Made by a program: the position numbers and the translations under genes
Shown: positions 38,223 to 48,321 of the stretch, piece by piece
How positions within the stretch are numbered: the stretch's first letter is position 1
How the letters are laid out: each line of letters starts with the position of its first letter
Notes under the pieces: generated by a model
What the model was told of the DNA's origin: nothing
Database searches by the model: none
The model's input: the letters and a program-made list of their open reading frames with translations, nothing else
Assembly: GCA_000965745.1 (NCBI GenBank)
Contig: CP009479.1
Span: 1,120,001-1,184,000, forward strand
From: an uncultured archaeon
Lineage (GTDB): Archaea > Thermoplasmatota > Thermoplasmata > Thermoplasmatales > Thermoplasmataceae
Direction of reading: 5' to 3'
Length of the DNA: 64,000 nt

Positions 38223-40835
38223 ATGAAGATTCCAGCGAGTACCTACAGAGTCCAGCTAAACAAGACTTTTGCACTCCAAGACCTTGAGCGGCTGATCCCC
38301 TACTTTCATAAAGCCGGGGTTTCCCACATCTACGCATCTCCAGTCCTCGCCGCTGTCCCTGGAAGCATGCATGGTTATGATATGACCGACTTTCGTTACA
38401 TTAATCCTGATATCGGAACATTGGTTCAGCTTGAAAATATCGCGAAAAGGCTGCATGATTCAGGTATGGGATGGATTCAGGACTTCGCCCCGAATCACAT
38501 GGCATATAGTGAACTCAACCCGTTCATGCTTGATGTGATGGCAAACGGAAGGGATTCGATATACTCAGATTATTTCGACATTCTTTGGGAGCGGGATAAT
38601 GAAACCCATCCAGGGAAGGTGTGCGCCCCATTTCTTGGAGAAGAACTCAACGCTTCCGTTGCGGAAGGGAAACTGAGGGCAAGGCTCAACGAAGAACTGC
38701 ATCTTGATTATCAGGGACGATATTTTCCACTGTCCAGCGAAAGCATAGAAAAACTTGATTCTATGATTTCAGAAGCCCCAGGCAGGGAGCTGCCGAATGA
38801 AAGCACGCAATATCATGGGTCTGATCAGGCTGGGAACGCTCCACATGATCATAGGTATCTGTTGTCCGTCCTTAATTCCGGCCAGGGTTTTCTTGAAAAG
38901 GCTGCATCAATGCAGAATTACAGGCTGGAGCACTGGAAGAACACTCTGATCGAAATAAATTACAGGAGGTTTTTTTCCATTAACGACCTCATAGCTTTGA
39001 GAATAGAGGATGAGAAAGTCTTTGAAGATGTTCACAATTTTGTTCTCGATCTCATCCGCAAGGGAGTAATCGACGGTCTGAGGATAGACCACATTGATGG
39101 CCTTCTGGAACCCGGTAAATACCTGGAAAGGCTGTCTGGCAAAACTGATTTCTACAAAGTGGTTGAAAAGATTCTTGAGGACGACGAACAGCTCCCTCAA
39201 AGCTGGGATTGCCAGGGAACGACAGGTTACGATTTTCTGAACGCTTTGAACCAGGTATTCACGCTCAGCAAATCAGAGCAGAAATTCACCGACAATTACA
39301 GGATGATCTCAGGAGGACCTGGATATTTTGCAGGACAGCTACGGGAGGTAAAGAGGGAGAAGCTTCACAACGAATTTTCAGGAGATCTGGAGAATGTGAT
39401 ATCTGAAATGAATCACGCTATAGACGTTCCTCGGGAAGACCTAAAACAATTCCTTTCAAGCCTGATATCACGCATGGATGTTTACAGGACATACATTTCT
39501 GACTCCTCAGGCAAGTGTGGGGAGTCATATCTTGCCAAAACTGTGCAGGACCTCGTGACGGAGGAGCCTGATTTGCGCACGGTAGGGGAGTCTATTCTTG
39601 AAGAGTTGCACGGGGCCAAAAGGCTGACCGCACTATTCGGGAGATTTCAGCAGCTCAGTTCCCCCGTAATGGCCAAGTCTCTGGAAGATACAATGTTCTT
39701 CAGGTACAACAGGCTGATCTCACTGAACGAAGTTGGGTGCGACCCCGCAGTCTTCGGGTACTCACTACCCAGATTCCATGAATTCATGAAGAGCAGGGGG
39801 GAAGCGTGGAAGTATTCAATGAATTGCACCTCAACCCACGATACCAAGCTTGGTGAAGACTCCAGGATAAGGCTTTCGGTTCTCAGTGAAGTCCCAGAGG
39901 AGTGGTTCCCGGTTTATAAAAAATGGACAGCACTCAATGCCAGGTTCAAAAAAGAAATCGACGGAAAGTTTGCACCCGATCCAAACGAGGAGTATTACCT
40001 GTACCAGGTCATGCTTGCAGGAAGGTATTTCGATGAAGATTTCAATGAAAGTTTCAGGAACAGGATCTCTTCCCACATGATTAAGGCACTCAGAGAATCC
40101 GGCACAAAGACCTCATGGATTAATGGAAACTCAGTGTATGAATCCCAGATCGAGTTATTTGTCAAGAAGATACTGGATCCCGAAATCTCAGGCGAATTTC
40201 TTTCATCATTCGACGAATTCCTTAATGTAATTTCGAAATACGGTGCATTGAAATCTCTTTCCCAGTTGGCCGTCAAGATGACATCACCTGGAGTTCCGGA
40301 TATTTACCAGGGTTCTGAGACATGGAATTTTTCCCTGACTGACCCAGATAACAGGCGTCCCGTGGATTACAATGAACTCGAAAAGTCCCTGTCCGAAATC
40401 GAAAGGCGAAAGGGGGATCCCGATCTGGCATCCAAGTTGCTCTCGAAGTACCGTGACGGCCTAGTGAAGCTATACCTGACCAACATTCTGCTCATTCACA
40501 GAAGGAATAACCGGGAATTGTTCCTTGAGGGCTCATACACTCCTCTGGAGTGTGGGGGCGATCATGAAGATAACCTGATTGCATTCTCCAGGGAGTTCAG
40601 GGGGAAAATCTCTATTACCATTGCACCAAGATTCTTTTCCGGACTGGTTTCAAGTGATGGGAAAATTCCCGGTCCTGAGTCCTGGGGAGATACATATTTA
40701 AAAATTGGCTGGCGGGCCTCAAGGCTCGTTGACATAATCACAGGGCGTCAGATTGAACTGGGGAATGATAACAGGATTGGAGCAGGGAATCTTTTAAACA
40801 AGTTTCCCGTTTGCATACTGTACGGTGAATCATGA
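38223..40835 (+). CDS. treY: Maltooligosyltrehalose synthase
   Basis: STYRVQ, HGYD, PNHM, INYRRFF, GLRIDHIDGL, VEKIL, STHDTK, PGVPDIYQG. Confidence 0.95.
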   Translation: MKIPASTYRVQLNKTFALQDLERLIPYFHKAGVSHIYASPVLAAVPGSMHGYDMTDFRYINPDIGTLVQLENIAKRLHDSGMGWIQDFAPNHMAYSELNPFMLDVMANGRDSIYSDYFDILWERDNETHPGKVCAPFLGEELNASVAEGKLRARLNEELHLDYQGRYFPLSSESIEKLDSMISEAPGRELPNESTQYHGSDQAGNAPHDHRYLLSVLNSGQGFLEKAASMQNYRLEHWKNTLIEINYRRFFSINDLIALRIEDEKVFEDVHNFVLDLIRKGVIDGLRIDHIDGLLEPGKYLERLSGKTDFYKVVEKILEDDEQLPQSWDCQGTTGYDFLNALNQVFTLSKSEQKFTDNYRMISGGPGYFAGQLREVKREKLHNEFSGDLENVISEMNHAIDVPREDLKQFLSSLISRMDVYRTYISDSSGKCGESYLAKTVQDLVTEEPDLRTVGESILEELHGAKRLTALFGRFQQLSSPVMAKSLEDTMFFRYNRLISLNEVGCDPAVFGYSLPRFHEFMKSRGEAWKYSMNCTSTHDTKLGEDSRIRLSVLSEVPEEWFPVYKKWTALNARFKKEIDGKFAPDPNEEYYLYQVMLAGRYFDEDFNESFRNRISSHMIKALRESGTKTSWINGNSVYESQIELFVKKILDPEISGEFLSSFDEFLNVISKYGALKSLSQLAVKMTSPGVPDIYQGSETWNFSLTDPDNRRPVDYNELEKSLSEIERRKGDPDLASKLLSKYRDGLVKLYLTNILLIHRRNNRELFLEGSYTPLECGGDHEDNLIAFSREFRGKISITIAPRFFSGLVSSDGKIPGPESWGDTYLKIGWRASRLVDIITGRQIELGNDNRIGAGNLLNKFPVCILYGES

Positions 40836-42916
40836 TGCCGGAGAAAAATCTGGATGTATCGGTTGAGGCTGGGGCAAGGTTCGCATTCTGTGTTCACTCC
40901 CACCAGCCTGCGGGGAACTCTCCTGATGTCCTGGAGAAGGTTTACGGGAAGTCCTATCTGCCTTTCTTTGAGAAGATGTATGAGCACCCGGGAATCATGT
41001 TAAACGCCCATTTCAGCGGTTATCTTCTCGAATGGCTTATAAAGATGCACCCGGAATATGTCGATATGCTGAAGGAAATGGTTTCCAGGGGACAGCTCGA
41101 AATCCTCGGAGGGGGAATATACGAACCAATTCTTGCGGCAGTTCCCCTGGATGATGCTGTAGGTCAGATAAAAGAGCTCAACAGCCTGGTGCTCAAAACG
41201 TTCGGAACCTATCCGGGTGGAATGTGGCTTGCAGAAAGGGTGTGGGAACCCCATCTGCCAGAGGTAATCAAGCAATCAGGGCTCACCTATACCCTTGTGG
41301 ATGATCTCGGCTTCATGAATGCAGGAATACCGAGAGAATCCCTCTCAGGTTATTACACGTCAGAGTTCAACGGGAGTGAGGTGGCCGTATTTCCGATAAA
41401 TCTCGAGATCCGCGACTCAATACCCTTCTCGGGATACATAAAGGCACTCAACAACATTGAGAGGGCTTCCACGAGAAATTCCGGCAAGCTGATCGTATTC
41501 GGAGACGACTGTGAAAAGTTTGGCTCATGGCCCGGCACCTATGAGGATGTATACAAGAAAAAATGGCTGGAGAGATTTCTGACAGGGCTGGAGAAGAGGA
41601 ATATAGAGACAGTGCACTTTTCCGACTACAAAGAGAGGGAAAGCACAACCGGAATGGTTTACCTGCCCACATGCTCCTATCCGGAGATGATGACCTGGGC
41701 CCTCGATCCGGCGGACCAGAAGAAGGCGGAATCGCTGATGAAGAAGAGGGGCATGGGGAAATCCCGGTTAATGCTGGGTGCCCACTGGAGGAACTTCCTG
41801 ACGAAATACAGCGAATCACTTCAGCTGTACAGGAAAATAAGGTTTGTCAGCGGTATGGTGCAGGAGGCCGGTGTCGATCACGAAGCTAGGATGCACCTGT
41901 ACAGGGGTGAGGCCAATGACGCCATGTGGCACGGAGTTTTTGGAGGCATATATCTTCCCCTGCTCAGGATGAAATCATACTCCAGCCTTATCCATGCCCA
42001 GAAGCTTGCTGAACACTCCCTGAGGAGAGTTGAATACTTCCGCCGGTTTGGCAGCGATCTGATGAGGAAGGATTCGTTCTGCATCTCAACTGGGGGCTTG
42101 TGGGTTTACGGAGGCGCCTCCCACGGCCTTGAAGTTGAGGAAATCGACCTCAAGGATGCAGCCCTTAACCTGACCGACTCTCTAACGAGAAGGGAGGAGG
42201 AATATCATGCCTCAATACAGCGGATACTGAAACGTGGGTCAAGGAAGAAGGGAAACATTGGCAAGGGTGTCTTTGTAAAGGATATAGGTGACATAAGCAG
42301 CCTGATCTACGATCACTCTCCAAGGAGGTCCTTCAAGGATCACTTTATAGGCACGGGGGAAGGGATTGAGGAACACATGGTTTCAGCTGACGAGGATCTG
42401 CACTTGCATTCGACATTCACAGAAATGGCCAACGAGGAGAGATTCTGGATATCCAGAAGTTATCGGGCTAATTTCAGGAATGCCAGTATTGGAATTGACA
42501 AGGAGATCTCGGTCAGGAAGAAATCAAACCAACTTACGGCGGCTTACCGGTTCTCCGGCATTTCTTCAGAGGGGGACACTTTGAGACTGGGCAGTGAGAT
42601 AAACCTTTCCGCATTCTCATCTGATTTTGACAGTATAACTGTCAACGGGAGGAGAATAGAGTCCCTGAAGGGGCGTGCGTTTGAAACCTCAACACTTGCA
42701 CTGGATTATCATGACCTGAATCTCAGGGTAGTTGTGGATGTATCGGGAAGCAAGCTCTTCTGGGTTTACCCAGTCGAAACAATAAGCAATTCTGAGGAAG
42801 GGCTGGAGACCATTCTTCAGGGAGTTTGCGTCATGCCGGTAACAGAACTGTCAGAGGGGGGGAGATTTGAAATATCGATCAAGGCCATGGACATCCCCGC
42901 AGAAAGGAGGTGGTAG
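40832..42916 (+). CDS. GH57 4-alpha-glucanotransferase / alpha-amylase
   Basis: HSHQPAGN, WLAERVW (nucleophile), GDDCEKFG (acid/base), WHGVFGG.Y. Confidence 0.9.
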   Translation: MMPEKNLDVSVEAGARFAFCVHSHQPAGNSPDVLEKVYGKSYLPFFEKMYEHPGIMLNAHFSGYLLEWLIKMHPEYVDMLKEMVSRGQLEILGGGIYEPILAAVPLDDAVGQIKELNSLVLKTFGTYPGGMWLAERVWEPHLPEVIKQSGLTYTLVDDLGFMNAGIPRESLSGYYTSEFNGSEVAVFPINLEIRDSIPFSGYIKALNNIERASTRNSGKLIVFGDDCEKFGSWPGTYEDVYKKKWLERFLTGLEKRNIETVHFSDYKERESTTGMVYLPTCSYPEMMTWALDPADQKKAESLMKKRGMGKSRLMLGAHWRNFLTKYSESLQLYRKIRFVSGMVQEAGVDHEARMHLYRGEANDAMWHGVFGGIYLPLLRMKSYSSLIHAQKLAEHSLRRVEYFRRFGSDLMRKDSFCISTGGLWVYGGASHGLEVEEIDLKDAALNLTDSLTRREEEYHASIQRILKRGSRKKGNIGKGVFVKDIGDISSLIYDHSPRRSFKDHFIGTGEGIEEHMVSADEDLHLHSTFTEMANEERFWISRSYRANFRNASIGIDKEISVRKKSNQLTAAYRFSGISSEGDTLRLGSEINLSAFSSDFDSITVNGRRIESLKGRAFETSTLALDYHDLNLRVVVDVSGSKLFWVYPVETISNSEEGLETILQGVCVMPVTELSEGGRFEISIKAMDIPAERRW

Positions 42917-42917
42917 C

Positions 42918-44702
42918 TTGATCTGGAGTTTCGGATCCAGGTATGTTTCAGAAAATGAAGCTGAATTCAAGGTTTGGCATCCATTCGACAGGGATATTGA
43001 ACTGAAACTTCTCACTTCGAAAAGAACGGTTCCTCTGGAGCAGGAAGATAATGGAATCCTGGCTGCCACTGCAAGAGTAGCCAGAAATGAGCTCTACATG
43101 TACAGGGTGGGCAACTCACTGTTTCCCGATCCGGCTTCCCACTACCAGCCTGATGGTGTGCATGGCCCTTCGATGGTCGTTGACCACTCATCTTATTCCT
43201 GGAGGAATGAGGGATGGAAAGGGCGTCCCATGGACGAGTACATACTGTATGAACTGCATGTTGGAACATTCGGTGAGAAGGGCACATACATGGATGTTTT
43301 GCCGAAGATAGATCATATCAGGAATCTGGGCATCACTGCAGTGGAACTGATGCCAATCAGCCAGTTTCCAGGTCGCAGAAACTGGGGGTATGACGGAGTG
43401 CAACTCTATTCCCCGCAGAACTCATACGGCGAAACCGGAGACCTGAAGAGACTGGTGGATACGTTTCATGGTGCAGGAATTGATGTTGTTCTTGATGTGG
43501 TCTACAACCACGTCGGCCCGGAGGGGAATTATCTTCCCATTTTCGGGCCATACTTCACAAAAAAATATTCGACCCCATGGGGGAAAGCGATCAACTATGA
43601 CGATTCGTATTCCGACATGGTAAGGAAGTTCATCGTTGAAAACGCACTTTACTGGCTTTCCGAATTCAGGTTTGACGGTCTGCGGCTGGATGCCATACAC
43701 GGCATATACGACTTCTCCCCAAGGCATATACTCGAAGAAATAGAGGACGCCGCGGAAGGACTGTCACAGGAAACCGGGAGGAATGTGAACATAATCGCGG
43801 AGAGTGACCTCAACGACCCCGTGCTCGTACAGAGCAAGGAAAGATGCGGCTTTGGGCTTGCCGGCCAGTGGAACGACGACTATCACCACGCCATTCACGC
43901 CTTCCTGACCGGGGAAAGAAATGGTTACTATTCAGATTTCGGCAGATTCGGGCAGATAACAAGGTCCTTGAAAAATGGCTTTGTTTATGACGGCGTCTAT
44001 TCGGAGTACAGGAAGAGGACCAGGGGGGCACCCCTCATGGCGGTTCCCCTGAACAGGCTTGTCGTCTACAGCCAGAACCATGATCAGGTTGGGAACAGGG
44101 CAGGGGCGGATCGCCTGACCTCACTGGTTGCAGTGGAGAAAGTTAAAGCTGCAGCATCCCTGGCCGTACTGTCCCCTTTCACACCCCTGATCTTCATGGG
44201 GGAGGAATACGGCGAAAATGCCCCCTTCAACTATTTCATTGACACAGGAGACAGGAAACTGGCACGTGCAGTAAGGGAAGGGAGGAGCAGGGAATTCATG
44301 AATTTCGGGATGAAGTACGACTTGGACCCCAACAATCCTGAAATGTTTGAGCAGTCGAAGCTGAAATGGGGGCGTATGGATACCAAATCAGGCAAGGCCA
44401 TGTTCAACTTCTACAGGGACCTTGCCAGTGTAAGAAAAACCATAGGAAAGAGAAGAATGGCTCTGCACAGCGTATCTTCCCCGGCAGAAAATCTGATACG
44501 CATATCGTATGGAAAGGATGAAAAACTTGACGTCTTCATCTCCCTCTCCAATGGAAAAATCAGCCTTGAGGGGATTGTCCCCCAAGGCAGCAAGGTCCTG
44601 TTCAGGTCCGGATGGAGGGACTACGGTGGCACTCTGGAACCATCCGGGCAAACAGCAGTTGAGATTGAGCCTTTCGAATCAATCGTTTCATCGCCGCCAT
44701 GA
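42918..44702 (+). CDS. treZ: Maltooligosyltrehalose trehalohydrolase
   Basis: DPAS.YQP.GVHG, RNWGYDGV, RLDAIH, AES, QNHDQVGNR; probable TTG start 42918 after GGAGGTGG. Confidence 0.93.
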   Translation: MIWSFGSRYVSENEAEFKVWHPFDRDIELKLLTSKRTVPLEQEDNGILAATARVARNELYMYRVGNSLFPDPASHYQPDGVHGPSMVVDHSSYSWRNEGWKGRPMDEYILYELHVGTFGEKGTYMDVLPKIDHIRNLGITAVELMPISQFPGRRNWGYDGVQLYSPQNSYGETGDLKRLVDTFHGAGIDVVLDVVYNHVGPEGNYLPIFGPYFTKKYSTPWGKAINYDDSYSDMVRKFIVENALYWLSEFRFDGLRLDAIHGIYDFSPRHILEEIEDAAEGLSQETGRNVNIIAESDLNDPVLVQSKERCGFGLAGQWNDDYHHAIHAFLTGERNGYYSDFGRFGQITRSLKNGFVYDGVYSEYRKRTRGAPLMAVPLNRLVVYSQNHDQVGNRAGADRLTSLVAVEKVKAAASLAVLSPFTPLIFMGEEYGENAPFNYFIDTGDRKLARAVREGRSREFMNFGMKYDLDPNNPEMFEQSKLKWGRMDTKSGKAMFNFYRDLASVRKTIGKRRMALHSVSSPAENLIRISYGKDEKLDVFISLSNGKISLEGIVPQGSKVLFRSGWRDYGGTLEPSGQTAVEIEPFESIVSSPP

Positions 44703-44706
44703 TGCC

Positions 44707-46824
44707 TCAAGGAGGGGATTCCACTATAACAGCAGAACTGTCGGAAGGGACAAGAATACTGCCTTCGGTTAACTTCCTGGGATATTCATCCAGCTTTGTA
44801 TCCCACGTGCAGAGGTAGATGTGGCTCCCCTTGGGGGTTTCGGGAAGCTTGAACTCAACCGCAGTCTGGCTGGGGTTGAAGAGCAGCACGACATCACCGT
44901 CCGTAATGGCTTCACCCTCATACGGTATCTCAGTGGTTATCTGGCCGGATATGTGCGCTGCAACAGGCCTGGAGTCCGCCATTACCCAGTCCTCCTCAGA
45001 CATCTCGCTCCCATCGGGGCGAAGCCAGGTCAGATCCTTTCCATCCGGAGTAGCCTGACCACTGAAGAAATTTCTCCTGTGGAACACAGGGCTGAGTTTC
45101 CTCAGGGCAATCAGGCGCTTCGTGAATTCGAGCAGAGACTCCTTCCTTTCGTCCATTTCCCAGTTCACCCAGCTCATTTCGTTGTCCTGGCAGTAAGCGT
45201 TGTTATTGCCCTTCTGAGTCCTTAGAATCTCGTCACCGGCAAGAAGCATTGGGGAACCCTGTGATGTGAACAGCGTAAGGAGATAATTGCGGATCCTCTT
45301 GTCCCGCAGCCAGGTGATCTCAGGATCATCCGTATCTCCTTCCACACCGAAATTTTCACTGTAGTTCTCATCGGTGCCGTCTGAATTGTTCTGCAGGTTC
45401 GCCTCATTGTGCTTCTCTTCGTAACTTACCAGGTCCCTCATCGTGAACCCGTCGTGGGATGTTATGTAATTAATGCTTGAATACGGATTCTTTCCTATAT
45501 TTTCGTAAAGGTCGGATGATCCAGAAAGTCTCTTTCCGAAATCTCCCAGCATCCACTTATCATCCCTCCAGTATCTCCTCATGGAATCCCTGTACTGGCC
45601 ATTCCATTCTGCCCATTGCAGGGGAAAGTTTCCGACCTGGTACCCTCCGGGCCCAACATCCCAAGGCTCGGCGATCAGTTTCACCTGAGATATGACGGGA
45701 TCCTGGTGAATAATGTCAAAGAAGCCAGAAAGCTTGTCAACATCATACAGCTCACGGGCAAGCGCGGATGCGAGATCAAAGCGGAAACCGTCAACATGCA
45801 TCTCGGTTATCCAGTATCTCAGGCTGTCCATTATAAGCTGTAAAACATGTGGCTGCCGGGCGTCAAGGCTGTTCCCGGTTCCGGTGAAGTCATAGTAAAA
45901 CCTGGGCTGCTCGTTGCTGAGCCTGTAATAGGAGGCGTTGTCAATGCCCCTGAAGCTTAGGGTGGGGCCAAGCTGGTTTCCTTCCGCAGTGTGGTTGTAC
46001 ACAACATCAAGTATCACCTCTATGTCGTTTTCGTGGAGTGTCCTCACCATCTCCTTGAACTCCACTATCTGCGAGCCCGGATATCTTGCCACCGAATACC
46101 TGATGTCCGGGGCAAAAAATGCTATGGTATTGTAACCCCAGTAGTTGGTCAAGTCATTCACCTCGAGCATCATTTCATCGGCATGGTGATGCACGGGCAT
46201 CAGCTCCACCGTGGTGATTCCCAGATCCTTCAGGTACTGAATGACACGATCCGAGGTAAGGCCCCTGTAGGTTCCAGCAATATTGCTGTCAATATCATAC
46301 CTGAGTTTGGTGAACCCTTTCACATGGAGTTCATAAATCATGGTCTTGTTCCACGGGTTCTTTGGGCTGGAAGTACCCTTCCAGTCAAAGTAAGGGTGCG
46401 TCACTACGGATTTCGGGACATTTTTGGCATCGTCGCGCTCGTTTTTTGAGAGGTCTTTTCTATCATCGTTCAGATCGTAACCGAAAATATTATCGCTCCA
46501 GTTGATAGTTCCAGAAAGGGCCTTTGCATAGGGGTCTATCAGGAGCTTTGACTTGTTGAATCTGTGGCCAAGCTCCGGCTTGTACGGCCCGTCAACCCGA
46601 AATCCGTACAGATCGCCGGGTTTTATGCCCGAGACAAACTGATGCCATACATAGGCTGAATTCTCCTTCAGTTCTATAACTTCCTTCGGGTCCGCAGAAT
46701 CATTGAACTCGTACAGTTCAAGATACACAGCTGTTGCGTTCTGGGAGAAAAGTGAAAAATTTACACCATCTTCATAAACTGTCGGTCCAATAGGGTAGGA
46801 AGATCCACGCCTTATTTCTCTCAT
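44707..46824 (-). CDS. glgX: Glycogen debranching enzyme (isoamylase, GlgX/TreX)
   Basis: NYWGYNT, DVVYNHTAEG, GFRFDLA, AEPWD, HDGF, QKGNNNAYCQDN. Confidence 0.95.
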   Translation of the reverse strand: MREIRRGSSYPIGPTVYEDGVNFSLFSQNATAVYLELYEFNDSADPKEVIELKENSAYVWHQFVSGIKPGDLYGFRVDGPYKPELGHRFNKSKLLIDPYAKALSGTINWSDNIFGYDLNDDRKDLSKNERDDAKNVPKSVVTHPYFDWKGTSSPKNPWNKTMIYELHVKGFTKLRYDIDSNIAGTYRGLTSDRVIQYLKDLGITTVELMPVHHHADEMMLEVNDLTNYWGYNTIAFFAPDIRYSVARYPGSQIVEFKEMVRTLHENDIEVILDVVYNHTAEGNQLGPTLSFRGIDNASYYRLSNEQPRFYYDFTGTGNSLDARQPHVLQLIMDSLRYWITEMHVDGFRFDLASALARELYDVDKLSGFFDIIHQDPVISQVKLIAEPWDVGPGGYQVGNFPLQWAEWNGQYRDSMRRYWRDDKWMLGDFGKRLSGSSDLYENIGKNPYSSINYITSHDGFTMRDLVSYEEKHNEANLQNNSDGTDENYSENFGVEGDTDDPEITWLRDKRIRNYLLTLFTSQGSPMLLAGDEILRTQKGNNNAYCQDNEMSWVNWEMDERKESLLEFTKRLIALRKLSPVFHRRNFFSGQATPDGKDLTWLRPDGSEMSEEDWVMADSRPVAAHISGQITTEIPYEGEAITDGDVVLLFNPSQTAVEFKLPETPKGSHIYLCTWDTKLDEYPRKLTEGSILVPSDSSAVIVESPP

Positions 46825-46872
46825 AATCTTATTCTCCTCTCATTAGTTATTCATGATTGCAGTCAAATGAAT

Positions 46873-48321
46873 TTAATCACGCAATTTCCGGCATATTTCC
46901 ACAATGGAAGATGCCGGTATCCAGATCCAATTCGGCCTGTATAATGCCTCGTATTTCATTTCGTACACCGCTTTTTCAAGGACGAAAAAGCTGAGTAATT
47001 TCTCGAAATCCTCCCTGTCCGGTGGAAGATAACCCCTGTTTCGCTCATGTTCTTTCCAGTACTGCTCGACCATTGCCTCTACTGCAGCATCCCTGAGCTT
47101 CTCCGTTCTTCCTTCTTTCCCGCTGCTCATAGAAGCAACTGCCGCTGCATAGTCGAATGACCTTACCAACCCCCCGAGGTCCTTTATTGCACAGTTCTTT
47201 GCCCTGCGGTATTCTGCAGACCGTGCGGGCTCTCCCTCAAAATCAATGACAGAATACCCCTGCTCCGTTTTCAGGATCTGCCCCAGGTGATAGTCACCAT
47301 GTATCCTGATCTTTTTCACAACGTCCCCTGTGAGCTTATCCAGCAGCCTTCCTGCATTCTCTATCTCATCCCTTGCGCCAAGTATATCTTCCAGATGGTA
47401 CCCTTCTTCCCTTACATCCAGAGCTGCGATAAGTGGTACTGTCTCGGACACGAGCTTCCTGTACTGTACCTGCCATGATTCAACATCATCATTCCCGATC
47501 AGCTCGGGCGAGAAAGATTCATCATCCGATGCAGAGGAAAGTGCATTGTGCATCTCTGATGTGAGGGCTCCTATCTTTCTGCACTCCCCAAGGATTGCAC
47601 TGTCATCATTCATGAAGGAATCAAGGAAGTATTTCCAGGCTTCTCCACTGTTCTTTTCGTAAACAGACAGGATGCCTCCCATTGCACGAATTGTTTCGCC
47701 TCTGTAGATAGAGTAGGCAAGAGGCCTCGGAGTTATGGATTTTTCAGAGTGCTTATTCAGGAAGTAAGGAACTTCATAATCCGGGTTCGGCATTGTGGAA
47801 AGTTTCCTGAAGCTCTTGTATATGTAGTGATCTCCGAAAATTACTGAAGAATTGCTCTGCTCGGATGTGATCACCCTTGTTTCGTGCATGTTATTGTTGC
47901 TCAAACTTGCCGGTGCAAGATCATTGAGATGGTAGGACACTGTGCCTCTGCCAGACTTGAAGGAAAGTTCCCCTGAAAGCAGGTTCAGGAGCTCATGGTG
48001 GTATTCCGGGTCAGATACGGCATCCGTGATGCTGTATGTCACTCCACCAAAATCTGCAGAAAAGGAAAGCCGGCTGTCAGCAGCCTCCTTCTGCTCGCTT
48101 ATTCTGAGAGGGATCTGGTAAAGATCCTCATTACCGTCATCTGCCATGATTTTCAGTATTGCAAGGAAATAAGAGGACTCTTTGCCAAGCTGAATGATGT
48201 CCGCAATCGCGGCCTGGCCGGCCATTGGGGCCTTTCCCGGAAACCATCTCTGCTTTGCTGCGCTGTTTCGAAGGCCATCCAGGAGGTACCTCTCTGCGTC
48301 TTCAATAGTTATGTCCCTCAA
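46873..48321 (-). CDS. mak: Maltokinase (Pep2/Mak)
   Basis: QRWF.GK, EQSNSS, RIHGDYHLGQ, IDFEGEP, EKAVYE..YE...RP.W. Confidence 0.9.
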   Translation of the reverse strand: MRDITIEDAERYLLDGLRNSAAKQRWFPGKAPMAGQAAIADIIQLGKESSYFLAILKIMADDGNEDLYQIPLRISEQKEAADSRLSFSADFGGVTYSITDAVSDPEYHHELLNLLSGELSFKSGRGTVSYHLNDLAPASLSNNNMHETRVITSEQSNSSVIFGDHYIYKSFRKLSTMPNPDYEVPYFLNKHSEKSITPRPLAYSIYRGETIRAMGGILSVYEKNSGEAWKYFLDSFMNDDSAILGECRKIGALTSEMHNALSSASDDESFSPELIGNDDVESWQVQYRKLVSETVPLIAALDVREEGYHLEDILGARDEIENAGRLLDKLTGDVVKKIRIHGDYHLGQILKTEQGYSVIDFEGEPARSAEYRRAKNCAIKDLGGLVRSFDYAAAVASMSSGKEGRTEKLRDAAVEAMVEQYWKEHERNRGYLPPDREDFEKLLSFFVLEKAVYEMKYEALYRPNWIWIPASSIVEICRKLRD

